NCBI GenBank assembly: GCA_030390025.1
Contig: JASTWF010000364.1
Location: forward strand, 372,001-436,000
DNA from: Squalus acanthias
Taxonomy: Eukaryota
Reading direction: 5' to 3'
Length of the DNA: 64,000 bases
Of this stretch, positions 39,038 to 51,405 are shown piece after piece. The notes under the pieces are model-generated. The model made no database searches. It was not told where the DNA came from and was given only the letters and a program-made list of their open reading frames with translations. Within the stretch, counting starts at the first letter, position 1. Each line of letters begins with the position of its first letter. A program made the translations under genes and the position numbers.

Positions 39038-39993
39038 CAAGTTATTATCTAAATGGCAAGAAACTGGAAAGTACTGAAGTACAAAGGGATCTGGGGGTCC
39101 TGGTGCACGAAACACAAAAGGTTAGTATGCAGGTGCAGCAAGTGATTAAGAAGGCCAATGGAATGTTGGCTTTCATTGCTAGGGGGATAGAATATAAAAA
39201 TAGGGAGGTATTGCTTCAGTTGTACAAGGTATTGGTGAGACCGCACCTGGAATACTGCATACAGTTTTGGTGTCCACACTTAAGAAGACATACTTGCTCT
39301 CGAGTCAGTACAAAGAAGGTTCACTCGGTTAATCCCGGGGATGAGGGGATGGACATATGAGGAGAGGTTGGGTAGATTGGGACTCTACTCATTGGCGTTC
39401 AGAAGAACGAGAGGCGATCTTATTGAAACATATAAGATTGTGAAGGGGTTGGATCGGGTGGATGCGGGAAGGATGTTCCCGATGATGGGTGAAACTAGAA
39501 CTAGGGGGCATAGTCTTAGAATAAGGGGCTGCTCTTTCAAAACTGAGATGAGAAGGAACTACTTCACAGAGGGTGGTAGGTCCATGGAATATGCTGCCTC
39601 AAAAAGCTGTAGAAGCTACATCATTACATAAATTTAGAACAGAAATAGACAGTTTCCTAGAAGTAAAGGGATTAAGGGTTACGGGGAGCGGGCAGGAATT
39701 TGGCCATGAGTCTAGGTTCGGATCGGTCATGGCCCTGTGGGTAGCGGAGCGGGCCCGGGGCCGTGTAGCCTGATCCTGCTCCTATTTCGTGTGTCCAATT
39801 CTGTTAGGTTCAGGAGATGGTTCTGTGATAGTAGATTGGCGGTTAGGATCAGATCAGCCATGATCTTATTGAATGGCGGAGCAGGCTCGAGGGGCCAATT
39901 GGCCTACTCCTGTTCCTATTTCTTATGTTCTTAAGTGACTGAAGACAAGGCTTTAGAATTCAATCCTTCACGACCTGGTTATCCGACCTTTAC

Positions 39994-40880
39994 ATGAGGT
40001 GCATTCACTTCACCAAGGGGGTTGTCATGGAGATGCGTCCGCTGCTACAGCCTCAAAGCAGGACAAGGACAGGAGTGCCTATGGTTGTCAAGGTCACTGT
40101 TGCTCCTAACTTTTATGCCATGGGCTCATTTCAGGCTGAAACAGGATACACAAGCAACATCTCGCAGTTTGTAGTGCGCTGCTGGGTAAGGGAGGTCACT
40201 GAGGCTCTCCATACAATGAGAAATACATTCTGGCGAGTGGGAATGAGACCAGACAAGCAGCAGCAGCGAGCACGAGGTTCTGCACTGATTGCAGGTTTCC
40301 CCGTGGTGCAGGGTGCCATTGGCCGCATGCACATTGCCTTGTGTGCTCCTCATCGCAACTCTGCCGTATTCATTCATCAACAGAAAGGGATTCAACTCCC
40401 CAATGTGCAGGTGAGCTGCAACCACAGGCAGCTTATCCTGCAGGTGAATGCCCGCTATCCTGGCAGTCACAATTCCTTCGTTTTGCGCCAGTTGTCTACC
40501 AGCTGTATTTGAATCACCACGGCAAGCCAAAGGCTGGCTACGGGGCAACAAGGGTTGGCCACTCAGGACTCCGGTCTGGAGCCCACGCACACAGCAGGCC
40601 TACAATGAGAGCTATGCTGCTACAAGGAACAATAGAGAGCACACCATCGGCATCCTCAAGCAACACTGCCGCTGCCTGGACCGCTCTCTGGAGGAGCCCT
40701 GCAGTGCTCCGCTGAGCGGGTATCAAGTTGTGGGGGAATATGCTACACAACCTCACCATGATCAGGGCACAGCCCTTGCCATACCAGTCAGGTGGCAATC
40801 TGAGGAGCAGGAGCACAAAGAGGAGGAAGGGCGGTTACAACATACAGCCCCTTTCTGCCAAGGGTCTACAGGAGCAGGTA
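39994..40880 (+). pseudogene. Decayed Harbinger transposase fragment
   Basis: [52 protein letters not shown]. Confidence 0.8.
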
Positions 40881-41099
40881 ATTCAAGAGTGATTTGGAGA
40901 AATACCTGCAATGTGCTGGGCTATGGGGAAGAGCAGGAACTGGGACTAATTGGATAGCTCTTGCAAAGAGTTGGCACAGACAGGATGGGCCGAATGACGA
41001 CCTGTGCTGTGTGATTCAATAGTCATTACTCTCAAACTACATGCAACTGGGCATAAAGTGGTGCTGTTAACAGTAACATTATTAAAATAGATGAGTATA

Positions 41100-42145
41100 T
41101 AGTTTTAGATAGAATAAGGAACCTTAATCGACCGGGCTGCCGGCTCAGGTGATGTCCACCCACTGGTCTCTAAAGTGATGGACAGGTGCTGAGTTTGCTC
41201 CTTGCCCATACCTTTCAATAGTTCGCTGGAGTTGGGGACTGTTCCCTTCGACAGGAAGGAAGCCAATGCAGTTCCAATCCTTAAAAGGGTGATAAGGAAA
41301 AGCGAGTAATTATAGGCCCATTAGCTTGACATCAGTAATCAGGAAGATGTTCTCCTTGGAGCAGAGAAGGTTGAGCAGAGATTTGATGGAGGTGTTCAAG
41401 ATCATGAGGGGTCTGGACAGGAGTAGATAGAGAGAAACTGTTCCCCCATTGGAGGAAGGGTGGAGAACCAGAGGACACAGATTTAAGGTGATTGGCAGAA
41501 GAACCAAAGGCGACGTGAGGAAAAACTTATTTACGCAGCGAGTGGTTAGGATCTGGAATTCACTGCCTGAAAGGGTGGTGGAGGCAGACTCGACCACGGC
41601 TTTCAAAAGGGAATTGGATAAGTACCTGAAGGGGAAAAAAATTGCAGGGCTATGGGGAAAGGGCAGGGGAGTGGAACTAGCTGAAGTGCTCTTGCAGAGA
41701 GCCGGCACGGGCTCGACGGGCTGAATGGTGGCCTTCTGTGCTGTAACCATTCTATGCTCGAAGCTATCATTAGGGATGCCCTATAATGACCACGTAGGTA
41801 GAGAGATCCATATCAGGGGCACCCAACACGGCTTCTGAAAACGAATGTCGTGTCTTACCAATTTAACTTTTTGAAGAAGTCACCTGGTTAGTGGATGAGG
41901 GTAGCCTAGTTAGACATCGTCTACCTGGACTTTCAGCAAGCAGGGACCTCATAAGAGGCTTCTCTAGAAGATAATCTTCTGGAATTAATGGTGATCTGCT
42001 GCAGTGGATTGAAAATTAGCTCAATGCCTCCAGGCAGAAAGCGGATGTCAATGGATTTGGATCTGCTTAAAGAGCGGTCACCAATGGTGTCCCACAGGGA
42101 TGGGTCAGTGCTGGGACCTTTCCTCTTTACTGGTAAACGTGCGTT
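41100..42145 (+). mobile_element. Old CR1-type RT fragments with a younger CR1 3' fragment (~41345-41757) nested
   Basis: NYRPISLTS-like at ~41308; RTRGHRFKV...FTQRVV and a CCATTCTATG tail; then a DIVYLDFQ-like segment at ~41913. Confidence 0.7.
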
Positions 42146-45100
42146 GTTCACTTGAGTAGGATCATCAGTCGATGGTTGTGGTCATGAAAACTTGATTCTT
42201 ACTTCAGCACAAAAAGCAATTTCCAAGCGGAGTGCCAGCAGACAGCACAATTAACGCAAGGTATGCGCTCTTCTCCTTGGACTGACAAACTTCGAACAAA
42301 AGCTTCTCCTTAGCAAGTTGGAGTTTTTTCCTTTTCTCCTGATTATATGGCAATGTGCAATAAAATAATCTCTTGCTTAATTTTGAATACTTCAGTACAT
42401 CAGCAACTTTGGCGTTGTAACAGTTACAGTCTGAACATTCTATTGGTCAACCTCGCCACATTAACTGACTGCATTATTTTTATTTTGCTGCTAATCTTTA
42501 ACGCTCTCTCCATCTTTTGTATCAACATTTACTCTGTGTTTTAATAAACGAGTAAGAGTTTGGGAATTGATCTGGTCTCGTGCACTCGTCACCGCCTTTC
42601 CGCTGGGTTCATGGACACAGGCGTCACCAATAGCTCGCCCTTGTCCCCCAGTAACCATCCTTGGACTTGCTGCTCTCGGTCAAACAGTGGTTGTGGGGGA
42701 GGAGGGGGGGCGGGGGGGGAATGTTGGTGTGACGCAGGATGAACACATCACAGCTGATTCCAGAGTGCCATGCACACAGCTGCCTGATTCTTCGATGGTT
42801 ACCTGCCAGCTCCACATCGAGTCAAACCCCTTCCTGCTCAAAGATCAGGCTCATGTGGTGGAGCCTTAAATCGCCCCATGGGAGCAGCCAATAGGAGCCT
42901 GGACTTGTGGGAACCCGGCAATTGCGACAAACCCCACTGCTGCATCATGTTGAACAGCAGCGTCCTTGGGGAACTTGATGTGCTGGTTTGCCCCATCGGT
43001 CACCTGCTTTAAGCATGGTGGCACTGGCCACTAACAGTAGACACAAGAGGGGAAAAATTCAGTTGCTTAGCGCCTCCCATTGGCACTAATGGGGCGCAAC
43101 ACAACTAGCGACCGGGCGCGGCGATGTTTGCGCCGCTCGCGAAATTGACCAGAGTTTTTGCGGCGGAGCTAAACTCTACTGCCCTGATCTCCTGCGCCCA
43201 CGGATCATGATGTCAGTCGAGCGTCCTTGGGGAACTTGATGTGCTGGTTTGCCTCATTGGTCACCTGCTTTAAGCATGGTGGCACTGGCCACTGACAGTA
43301 GACACAAGAACACAAGAACTTTTAGGAACAGGAAGAGGCAATTAGCCCAACACATTGTAGACAGCCCACCCTATCCCTCAACTGATCGTCATCCCACTAG
43401 TGCATGCCAACTACTTTGACCTGATGTACTGTCTGCCTCAATGGCCTTTCCCGGTATCTTATTCCCCATTATCCTGAGCTGCCCAGCTCCTTGACATTCC
43501 TTGTGACAACCTACAAGAGAATTCGATTCTTGAGTCGAGTTGGAAGCATCGGAGAAACTGGTCAGACCTATTCCACCAAATGCAGGATTGGTTTGTATTG
43601 GATTGGGAATGTGCAGCTTTTCCATGGAGGGGATTGATGAAGCTGATGTGGCAGCAAGGGGCTGGGGGACTTCCCGAGATGATGTGCTCAGTGGGGAAGT
43701 ACAGCTGCATCGATCGGCTTGCTGAGTCAGTTACAGAGGAAAGCTCAGCTCGAGGACCAACTAACCATCCTGCACAAAGGAAGAGATCGATGCAAGATAT
43801 GCAAGTGTACGATCCCTGTCCAGACTCCAGAAATTGTCTAATAGATTCTTAGCTTGAGACTAATACCACGACAATTATACAACTAAAGTAGTTTATTAAC
43901 CAATTCACTACTAATTGCAAGCCTGCTCAGATAGGTTTGAAGAGCTGGGTCTATTGGCTTTAGAGCAGTGCAGACTTGATAGATGTCTATAAAGTAACGA
44001 AAGGACTGGATCGTCAGCCTATTGAGAAGATTCTCTCAGTTTGACAGATTGGGGAGGACCAGGGTACATGAGCTGAAGTAGGGATAGACTGGGTGTTGGG
44101 CGGTTCATTTCCCAGAGAGCAGTGAGCCTCTGGAATGTGAGACCAGCTGGTGCAGTGGGTGTTGACTCTGCATCGCCTTCCAAGGAGGGAGCTGGACCGG
44201 TTCCTGACGGCACATCATCTACTGAACTGGTTTCGATCGTGAGGGGACCGGAGGAATTTTTCCCTTATTGGCCCATGGGTATTTTTGCCCCTCCCAGGAG
44301 ATTACAAACCTGTGGGGGGAGGGGGGTGTCAGCAAGCGTCTAGTCCAGATGCTCTGCCCATCACGTGAGGCAGGCTTGATGGCCCCGCTGGCCTTTTCCT
44401 GCCCGTCACTTTCATATGTTCCCAAGTTAGTGTTGAACGTGGACAGAGATGGAATTATTCGAGGAGGGAAACCTAAAGCAACCAATCGACACCCAAAAGG
44501 AACCAGTGTCACATTGTATGGTTACACAGGAGTGGCAAAAAAATACAAGAAGTGTTCGGTGGGTTGTGGTCGTCAGGGGCTCCAGAGTTAGGGCAGCAGA
44601 GAAGCCTCTTTTGCAAGTATCCTGAATGGTATGTTACAGAGCAGGTGGAAGAGATTCTGTTGAGAGTTCCCAGAGGTTGTGGGTCATGTGAGGAGGGATT
44701 GGGACAGAGATTCCGGAAGGGAGTTTCAGGAGCTGGAGGAAAAATTGATGAGATCTTCAGGGTGGTGATTGCATGCCACACACTTGACCAGTTACGGTAG
44801 ACAATCCACAGATGAAGGACTACCACCATGCCAGAAGTGGACTTCCGCCCAATCCGGTGACCCCTGGAGTGACCTCACTAGGGTGAGGGTCACCACCCCC
44901 ATCACAACTTGCATTTATATAGCACCTGTAATGGAAGGGAGACATCCTGAAGAGCTTCAGTTATGAGCTGCAGGAACAACAGTTCGTGACTTCATAATAT
45001 TGGGGCAAGGCTGAATTACCCACACAGGCTGCCACCTTATGATGCAGAGGAGATTTACCAGAATGGTTCCGGGGATGGGGGATCTTTGCTACAAGGACAG

Positions 45101-45516
45101 GTTGGAGAAGCTGGATTTGTTTTCATTAGAGCAAAGGAGGTTGAGGGGTGATTTGATAGAGGGGTACAAGATTATGACGGGTTTGGATAGGCTAGACGGG
45201 GAAAGGCTGTTCCCACTAGTTGATGGTACAAGGACTAGGGGACACAGATTTAAGGTTTTGGGCAAGAGATACGGGGGGGATGTGAGGAAAAACTTTCTTA
45301 CGCAGCGAGTGGTGAGGACCTGGAATTCACTGCCGACAGACATGGTGGAAGAGGAGACACTCAATGTTTTCAAGGGGAGACTGGATTGGCACTTGAAGGA
45401 AATAAACTTGCAGGGCTACGGGGATAGAGCGGGGCAATGGGACTGACTGGATTGTTCTACAGAGAACCAGCATGGACTCGATGGGCCGAATGGCCTCCTC
45501 CTGTGCCAGTGACTAT

Positions 45517-45798
45517 GGGGGGAATAATTCAGTTGCTTAGCGCCTCCCGTAAGTGCGCCGCTCGCGAAATTGACGAGTTTTTGCGACGGCGCTAAACTCT
45601 ACCGCCCTGAACTCCTGCGCCCACAGATCGTGACGTGCAATGCCCCAGACCGGATATTGAGTGGCACCCCCTTCCTTTCCGCCTGCCGCAATCAACGACA
45701 GGGAGAGTGGAACGTGTTCGTCGGTAAAGGGCTGGGGGAGCGCTATTTAAAGGCGCCCTCTTCCTGCCTTTTTTTGTGGGAGACATTTTTGCACCACT

Positions 45799-45830
<32 letters not shown>

Positions 45831-46124
45831 TTCTGAGAGAGAGAGAGAGAGATTCTGAGAGAGAGAGAGAGAGATTCTGAGAGAGAGAGAGAGATTCAGA
45901 GAGAGAGAGAGAGAGAGATTCTGAGAGAGAGAGAGAGATTCTGAGAGAGAGAGAGAGAGAGAGAGAGACTTCTGAGAGAGAGAGAGAGATTTTGAGAGAG
46001 AGAGAGAGAGAGAGAGACTTCTGAGAGAGAGAGAGATTCTGAGAGAGAGAGAGAGAGAGAGAGAGATTCTGAGAGAGAGAGAGAGAGAGAGAGATTCTGA
46101 GAGAGAGAGAGAGAGAGAGAGATT

Positions 46125-46158
<34 letters not shown>

Positions 46159-47700
46159 CAGAGAGAGAGAGAGAGAGATTCTGAGAGAGAGAGAGAGAGA
46201 GAGAGATTCAGAGAGAGAGAGAGAGAGAGAGAGATTCAGAGAGAGAGAGAGAGATTCAGAGAGAGAGAGAGAGAGATTCTGAGAGAGAGAGAGAGAGATT
46301 CTGAGAGAGAGAGAGAGATTCTGAGAGAGAGAGAGAGAGAGATTCAGAGAGAGAGAGAGAGAGAGATTCTGAGAGAGAGAGAGAGAGAGAGATTCTGAGA
46401 GAGAGAGAGAGAGAGAGAGAGATTCTGCAGAGAGTCAACGCTGTGAGAAGTAGGTTTGGCTACTGAGCAGCACGTTGCAGGTTCTTTTGGATTTGACCTT
46501 CATTACTTCGCTTATCAACAGACTATGGGGGCTGCACTGATTCGGGGCGTCGTCCTGCACCTGCAGAATCGGAGGCATCAGAGACGCAGAGAGAGAGTGG
46601 CAATCATGGCCAGAGGGAGGAGGGTAGTTCTCATACCTTCATTTGTCTGAGGCAGGTTGCGCTTCAGCAAGGAGGTGGTCACTGAGCACTGCCATCTGCT
46701 GCAACCAGAACCAGGACGTCTGTCGGTGACAGTGGCTGAATTTCTAGGTGAGTGGCTCCTTTCAAGCTTCTACTGGGGACCTCGAGAATATCTCCCAGTT
46801 CGCTGTCCATTGTTGTATCCGGGAGGTGACAAATGCCCTGTATAAAAAGGAGACACGAGTACATCTCTTTCCCCATGACCCGGGGCAAGCAGCACGAACG
46901 CGCATGTGGCTTTGCTAGGATAGCAGGCTTCCCCATGGTGCAGGGTGCCATAGACTGCACGCCTGTGGCATTGCGGGCACCGCATGAAAATGCAGAGGTC
47001 TTCCGAAACTGAAAGGGCTACCACTCCTTAAATGTGCAGTTGGTCTGTGACCACACAGCTGATATTCGCCGTCAATGCCCGCTATCCTGGCAGCAGCCAC
47101 GATGCTTTCATCCTGCGCCAGACTGGTGTGCCAGACCTTTTCCAGGCACCGCATCACCCAAGTGGATGGCTCCTCGGGGACAAGGGTTATCCACTCTGCA
47201 CCTGGCTGATGACACCCCTGCCCAGCTGCGGTATAATGAGAGTCATAGCGCCACCAGGAACCTAATTGAGCAGATGATCGACGTGCTGAAGCAATGGTTC
47301 TGCTGTCTGGACCACTCAGGAGGAGCCCTGCAGTACTCTCCTGAGCGAGTTTCCCTGTTCATAGTTGTGCGCTGCATGCTTCACAACCTCGCAATCCTGA
47401 GGACCCAGCCATTGCCACCAGGGATTGGTGCACCACCTGAGGGAGAGGAGGAGGAGGAGGAAGAGGAGGAGCAACAGCAGCACCAACGTGGGAGGGAGGC
47501 ACACAATGTTGCCAGTGCAAGGGCCGTCCATGAACAGCTGATAAGGAGCCGCTTCTAGGCTCTTACTGAGAACATGGCTTCTGGCATGGAGAACAACATA
47601 ATGGAAAGCAACCCACACCCACTATTACCGGGCAAAGCTGGAATGATTCAAAAGACCAAAATGTAAATATTGAATAATCAAACAGGAAATTAGAGATGCA
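45517..47700 (+). mobile_element. Duplicate of truncated Harbinger A with an expanded (GA)nTTCT array at 45804-46427
   Basis: Copy of 12294-13950; array is ~620 bp versus ~100 bp. Confidence 0.88.
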
Positions 47701-47721
47701 TGTAACAAGGGTACTACAATA

Positions 47722-50609
47722 ATCATGGGTGACTAATCTAAATATAGACTGGCCAAACCAGATTAGCAATAATAATGTAGAGAATGAATTCCTGGAATGT
47801 GTATGAGATGGTTTTTTAGACCAGTACGTTGAGGAGCCAACTAGGAACAGGCTATCCTAGATTGGGTATTGTGCAATGAGAAGGGGTTAATTAATAATCT
47901 TGTTGTGCGGGGTCCTTTAGGGAAGAGTGACCATAACATGTAGAATTCTTCATTAAGATGGAAAGTGAAGTCGTCCAATCCAAAATTAGGGTCCTAAATC
48001 TAAACAAAGGAAACTACGATGGTATGAGCAGTGAGTTGGCCATGATAGATTGGGGAGTTTCATTAAAAGGCATGATGGTGGATATGCAATGGCTAACATT
48101 TAAGGAACGGATGCATGAATTGCAACAGTTATACATTCCTTTCTGGTGCAAAAAACAAAAAGGAAAAGCGGCCCAACCATGGCCAACAAAAGAAATTAAG
48201 GATAGTATTAGATCCAAAGAGAAGTCATATAAAGTTGCCAGAAAAAGTAGCAAGCCTGAGGATTGGGAGCAGTTTAGAATTCAGCAAAAAAAGGACCAAC
48301 AGATTGATTAAGAGGAAAAAAAAAGTAAGAGAGTAAACTTGCAAGGAACATAAAAGCGGATTGTAAAAGCTTCTACAAGTATGAAAAAAAAGATTAGTGA
48401 AGACAAATGTAGGTCCTTGCTGTCAGAAATGGGAGAATTTATAGAAACATAGAAACATAGAATCTAGGAGCAGGAGTAGGCCATTCGGCCCGTCGAGCCT
48501 GCTCCACCATTCAATACGATCATGGCTGATCATCCAAATCCAGTACCCTGTCCCTGCTTTTAATCCCCACAGTACACATATCCCACCCTACCCCCGTAAC
48601 CCCACGTATTTAATTCCCCCTAACATATCCCATCCTATCCCCATAACCCCACATATTTAATCCCCCCCTAACACTAAGGGTCAATTTATCATAGCCAAAT
48701 CAACCTAACCCGCACATTTTTGGACTGTGGGAGGAAACCGGAGCACCCGGAGGAAACCCACGCAGACACGGGGAGAATGTGCAAACTCCACACAGACAGT
48801 CACCCGAGGTCAGATTCGAACCCGGGTCCCTGGCGCTGTGAAGCACCAGTGCTAATCACTATGCCACCGTGTTGCCCAATGGGGAACAAGGAAATGGCTG
48901 AGCAATTAAACAAATACTTCGGTTCAGTCTTCACAGAAGAGGACACAAATAACTTCCTAGAAATGCTAGTGAACCAAGGGTCTAGTGAGAAGGAGGAATT
49001 AAAGGAAATTAGTATTAGTAAAAAAAAAAAAGTGCTGGAGAAATTAATGGGACTGAAAGCCGATAAATCCCCAGGGCCTGATAATCTGCATCCCAGAGTA
49101 CTAAAAGAGGTAGCCATGGAAATAGTGGATGCATTGGTTGTCATCTTCCAAAATTCTATAGATTATGGAACACTTCCTGCAGATTGGAGGGTGGCAAATA
49201 TAACCCCACTATTTAAAAGGGAGAGAAAACAGGGAACTACAGACTGGTTAGCTGAACATCAGTAGTAGGGAAAATGCTAGAGTCTATTATAAAGGATGTG
49301 ATAACAGGACACTTAGAAAATATCAACAGGATTAGACAAAGTCAACATGGATCTATGAAAGGGAAGTAGTGTTTGACAAATCTACTGGAGTTTTTTGAGG
49401 ATATAACTGGTAGAATAGATAAGGGAGAACCAGTGGATGTGGTGTATTTGGATTTTCAGAAGGCCTTTGATAATGTCCCACATAAGAGGTTAGTGTGCAA
49501 AATGAAAGCACATGGGATTGGGGGTAATATACTGGCATGGATTGAAAATTGGTTAACAGACAGGAAACAGAGTAGGAATAAATGGGTCTTTTTCAGGGTG
49601 GCAGGCAGTGACTAGTGGGGTACCGCAGGGATCAGTGCTTGGGCCCCAGCAATTCACAATATATATCAATGATTTGAATTGAGGGAACCAAATATAATAT
49701 TTCCAAGTTTGCTGGTGACAAAACTAGGTGGGATTGAGAGTTGTGAGGAGGATGCAAAGAGGCTTCAAGGCGATTTAGACAAGTTGAGTGAGTGGGCAAA
49801 TACATGGCAGATGTAGTATAATGTGGATAACTGTGAAGTTATCCACTTTGGTAGGAAAAACAGAAAGGTAGAGTATTATTTAAATGTTGATAGAATGGGA
49901 AATGTTGATGTACAAAGGGACCTGGGTGTCCTTGTACATCAGTCACCAAAAGCAAACATGCAGGTGCAGCAAGCGGTTAGGAAGGCAAATGGTATGTTGC
50001 CCTTCATTGCAAGAGGATTTGAGTACAGGAGCAAGGATGTCTTACTACAGTTATACAGGGCCTTGGTGAGACCACACCTGGAGTACTGTGTGCAGTTTTG
50101 GTCTCCTTACATAAGAAAGGATATACTTGCCATAGAGGGAGTGCAGCGAAGGTTCACCAGACTGATTCCTGGGGTGGCAGGACTGTCGTATGAGGAGAGA
50201 TTGGGTCGACTAGGCCTGTATTCACGAGAATTTAGAAATATGAGAGGGGATCTCATTTTAACGTATAAAATTCTGACAGGGCTAGACAGACTGGATGCAG
50301 GGAGGATGTTTCACCTGGCTGGGGGGTCTAGAACGAGGGGTCACAGTCTCAGGATATGGGGTAGGACATTTAGGACTGAGATGAGGAGAAATTTCTTCAC
50401 TCAGAGGGTGGTGAACCTGTGGAGGCCAAGTCACTGAATATATTTAAGAAGGAGATAGATAGATTTCTAAACACAAAAGGCATCAAGGGGTATGGGGAGA
50501 GCGCGGGAATATGGTATTGAGATAGAGGATCAGCCACGATCATATTGAATGGCGGAGCAGGCTCGAAGGGCCGAATGGTCTACTCCTGCTCCTATTTTTC
50601 TATGTTTCT
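47722..50609 (+). mobile_element. Duplicate CR1 with nested V-SINE (48444-48877, minus strand)
   Basis: Copy of 13975-16860. Confidence 0.92.
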
Positions 50610-51405
50610 GAAACCACAAAGACGAGAAGATGTCATTTTTTTCCCAGCTGAATGTAAAAGCAACCAACTTTTTGTAGACAAAAGAAGTCAAGAACAAGTT
50701 ACTGGAGCTGCTCAGTGTAAAGGGGTGAGCAGCATCACTCACTTGTTGCAAGAAATTTGCATTGTCTTTAGACTCCAGCTCTGTCATTAAGTCTTTACCT
50801 TGGTGGGAGAGTGTGCAAAGTGAACTTCAAGTGAGTGGAATTTCAGAGCCAGTTGGAAGTGAACAGCAGCCCACATTTTGGTGGACTTCCTCTCTTCTCT
50901 GGCTGGGAATATCAGATTTTTTAAAATCCCCCAAGGGTACCTTTGGTCGACAGCTTGCAGGGACTGCATTGTGTGGTGGTTGTGTTGGGCACCGGGTGAA
51001 GGGTGGCGATAGCGAGTAGGACTTTTTAAAAAGTTTGTTGTAAAGCATTTTCAGATGCAGTAATACAAGTTTGTGTAAAGAGCTGTGACCTGTTCGAGAT
51101 TAAATAAAGCCATTAATGTGGTTTATAAACCGACTCAGTCTATATTGGTTTATGTTTGGAAAAAAATAGCAACTCGCGATTTCTTACCAAATCTCATGAT
51201 TTAAGAGTTCACGTCATAATATGACATGATGGCGTTTGTAAGGGAGAAGCCCTTTTTGACAATTTAAGCTCGACATTCAACCAGCATGCTTTGGGAAGCT
51301 GGGAACAGTGCTGATGGGGGAAAAGCTGGATTTAAAATGCAAACCTGCTGAGCGATGGCAAAGCACGCAAATCAGACAGTGCTATCGAGAAGGAACAAAG
51401 ACTTT

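Larger units (their letters stand above)
30640..39932 (+). mobile_element. Near full-length CR1 LINE (ORF1 esterase C-terminus, APE, RT, 3' UTR) carrying a nested Harbinger and a solo LTR-A
   Basis: ORF1 ...WDGLHL (SGNH-like). APE motifs LYLNARS, ETWL, MGDFN, SDH. RT resumes after 36250 and after 39037; tail TTCTTATGTTCTTA. Confidence 0.92.

Noticed and set aside
46256..46438. Ser/Leu-rich ORF
   Set aside because: Translation of the GA microsatellite.
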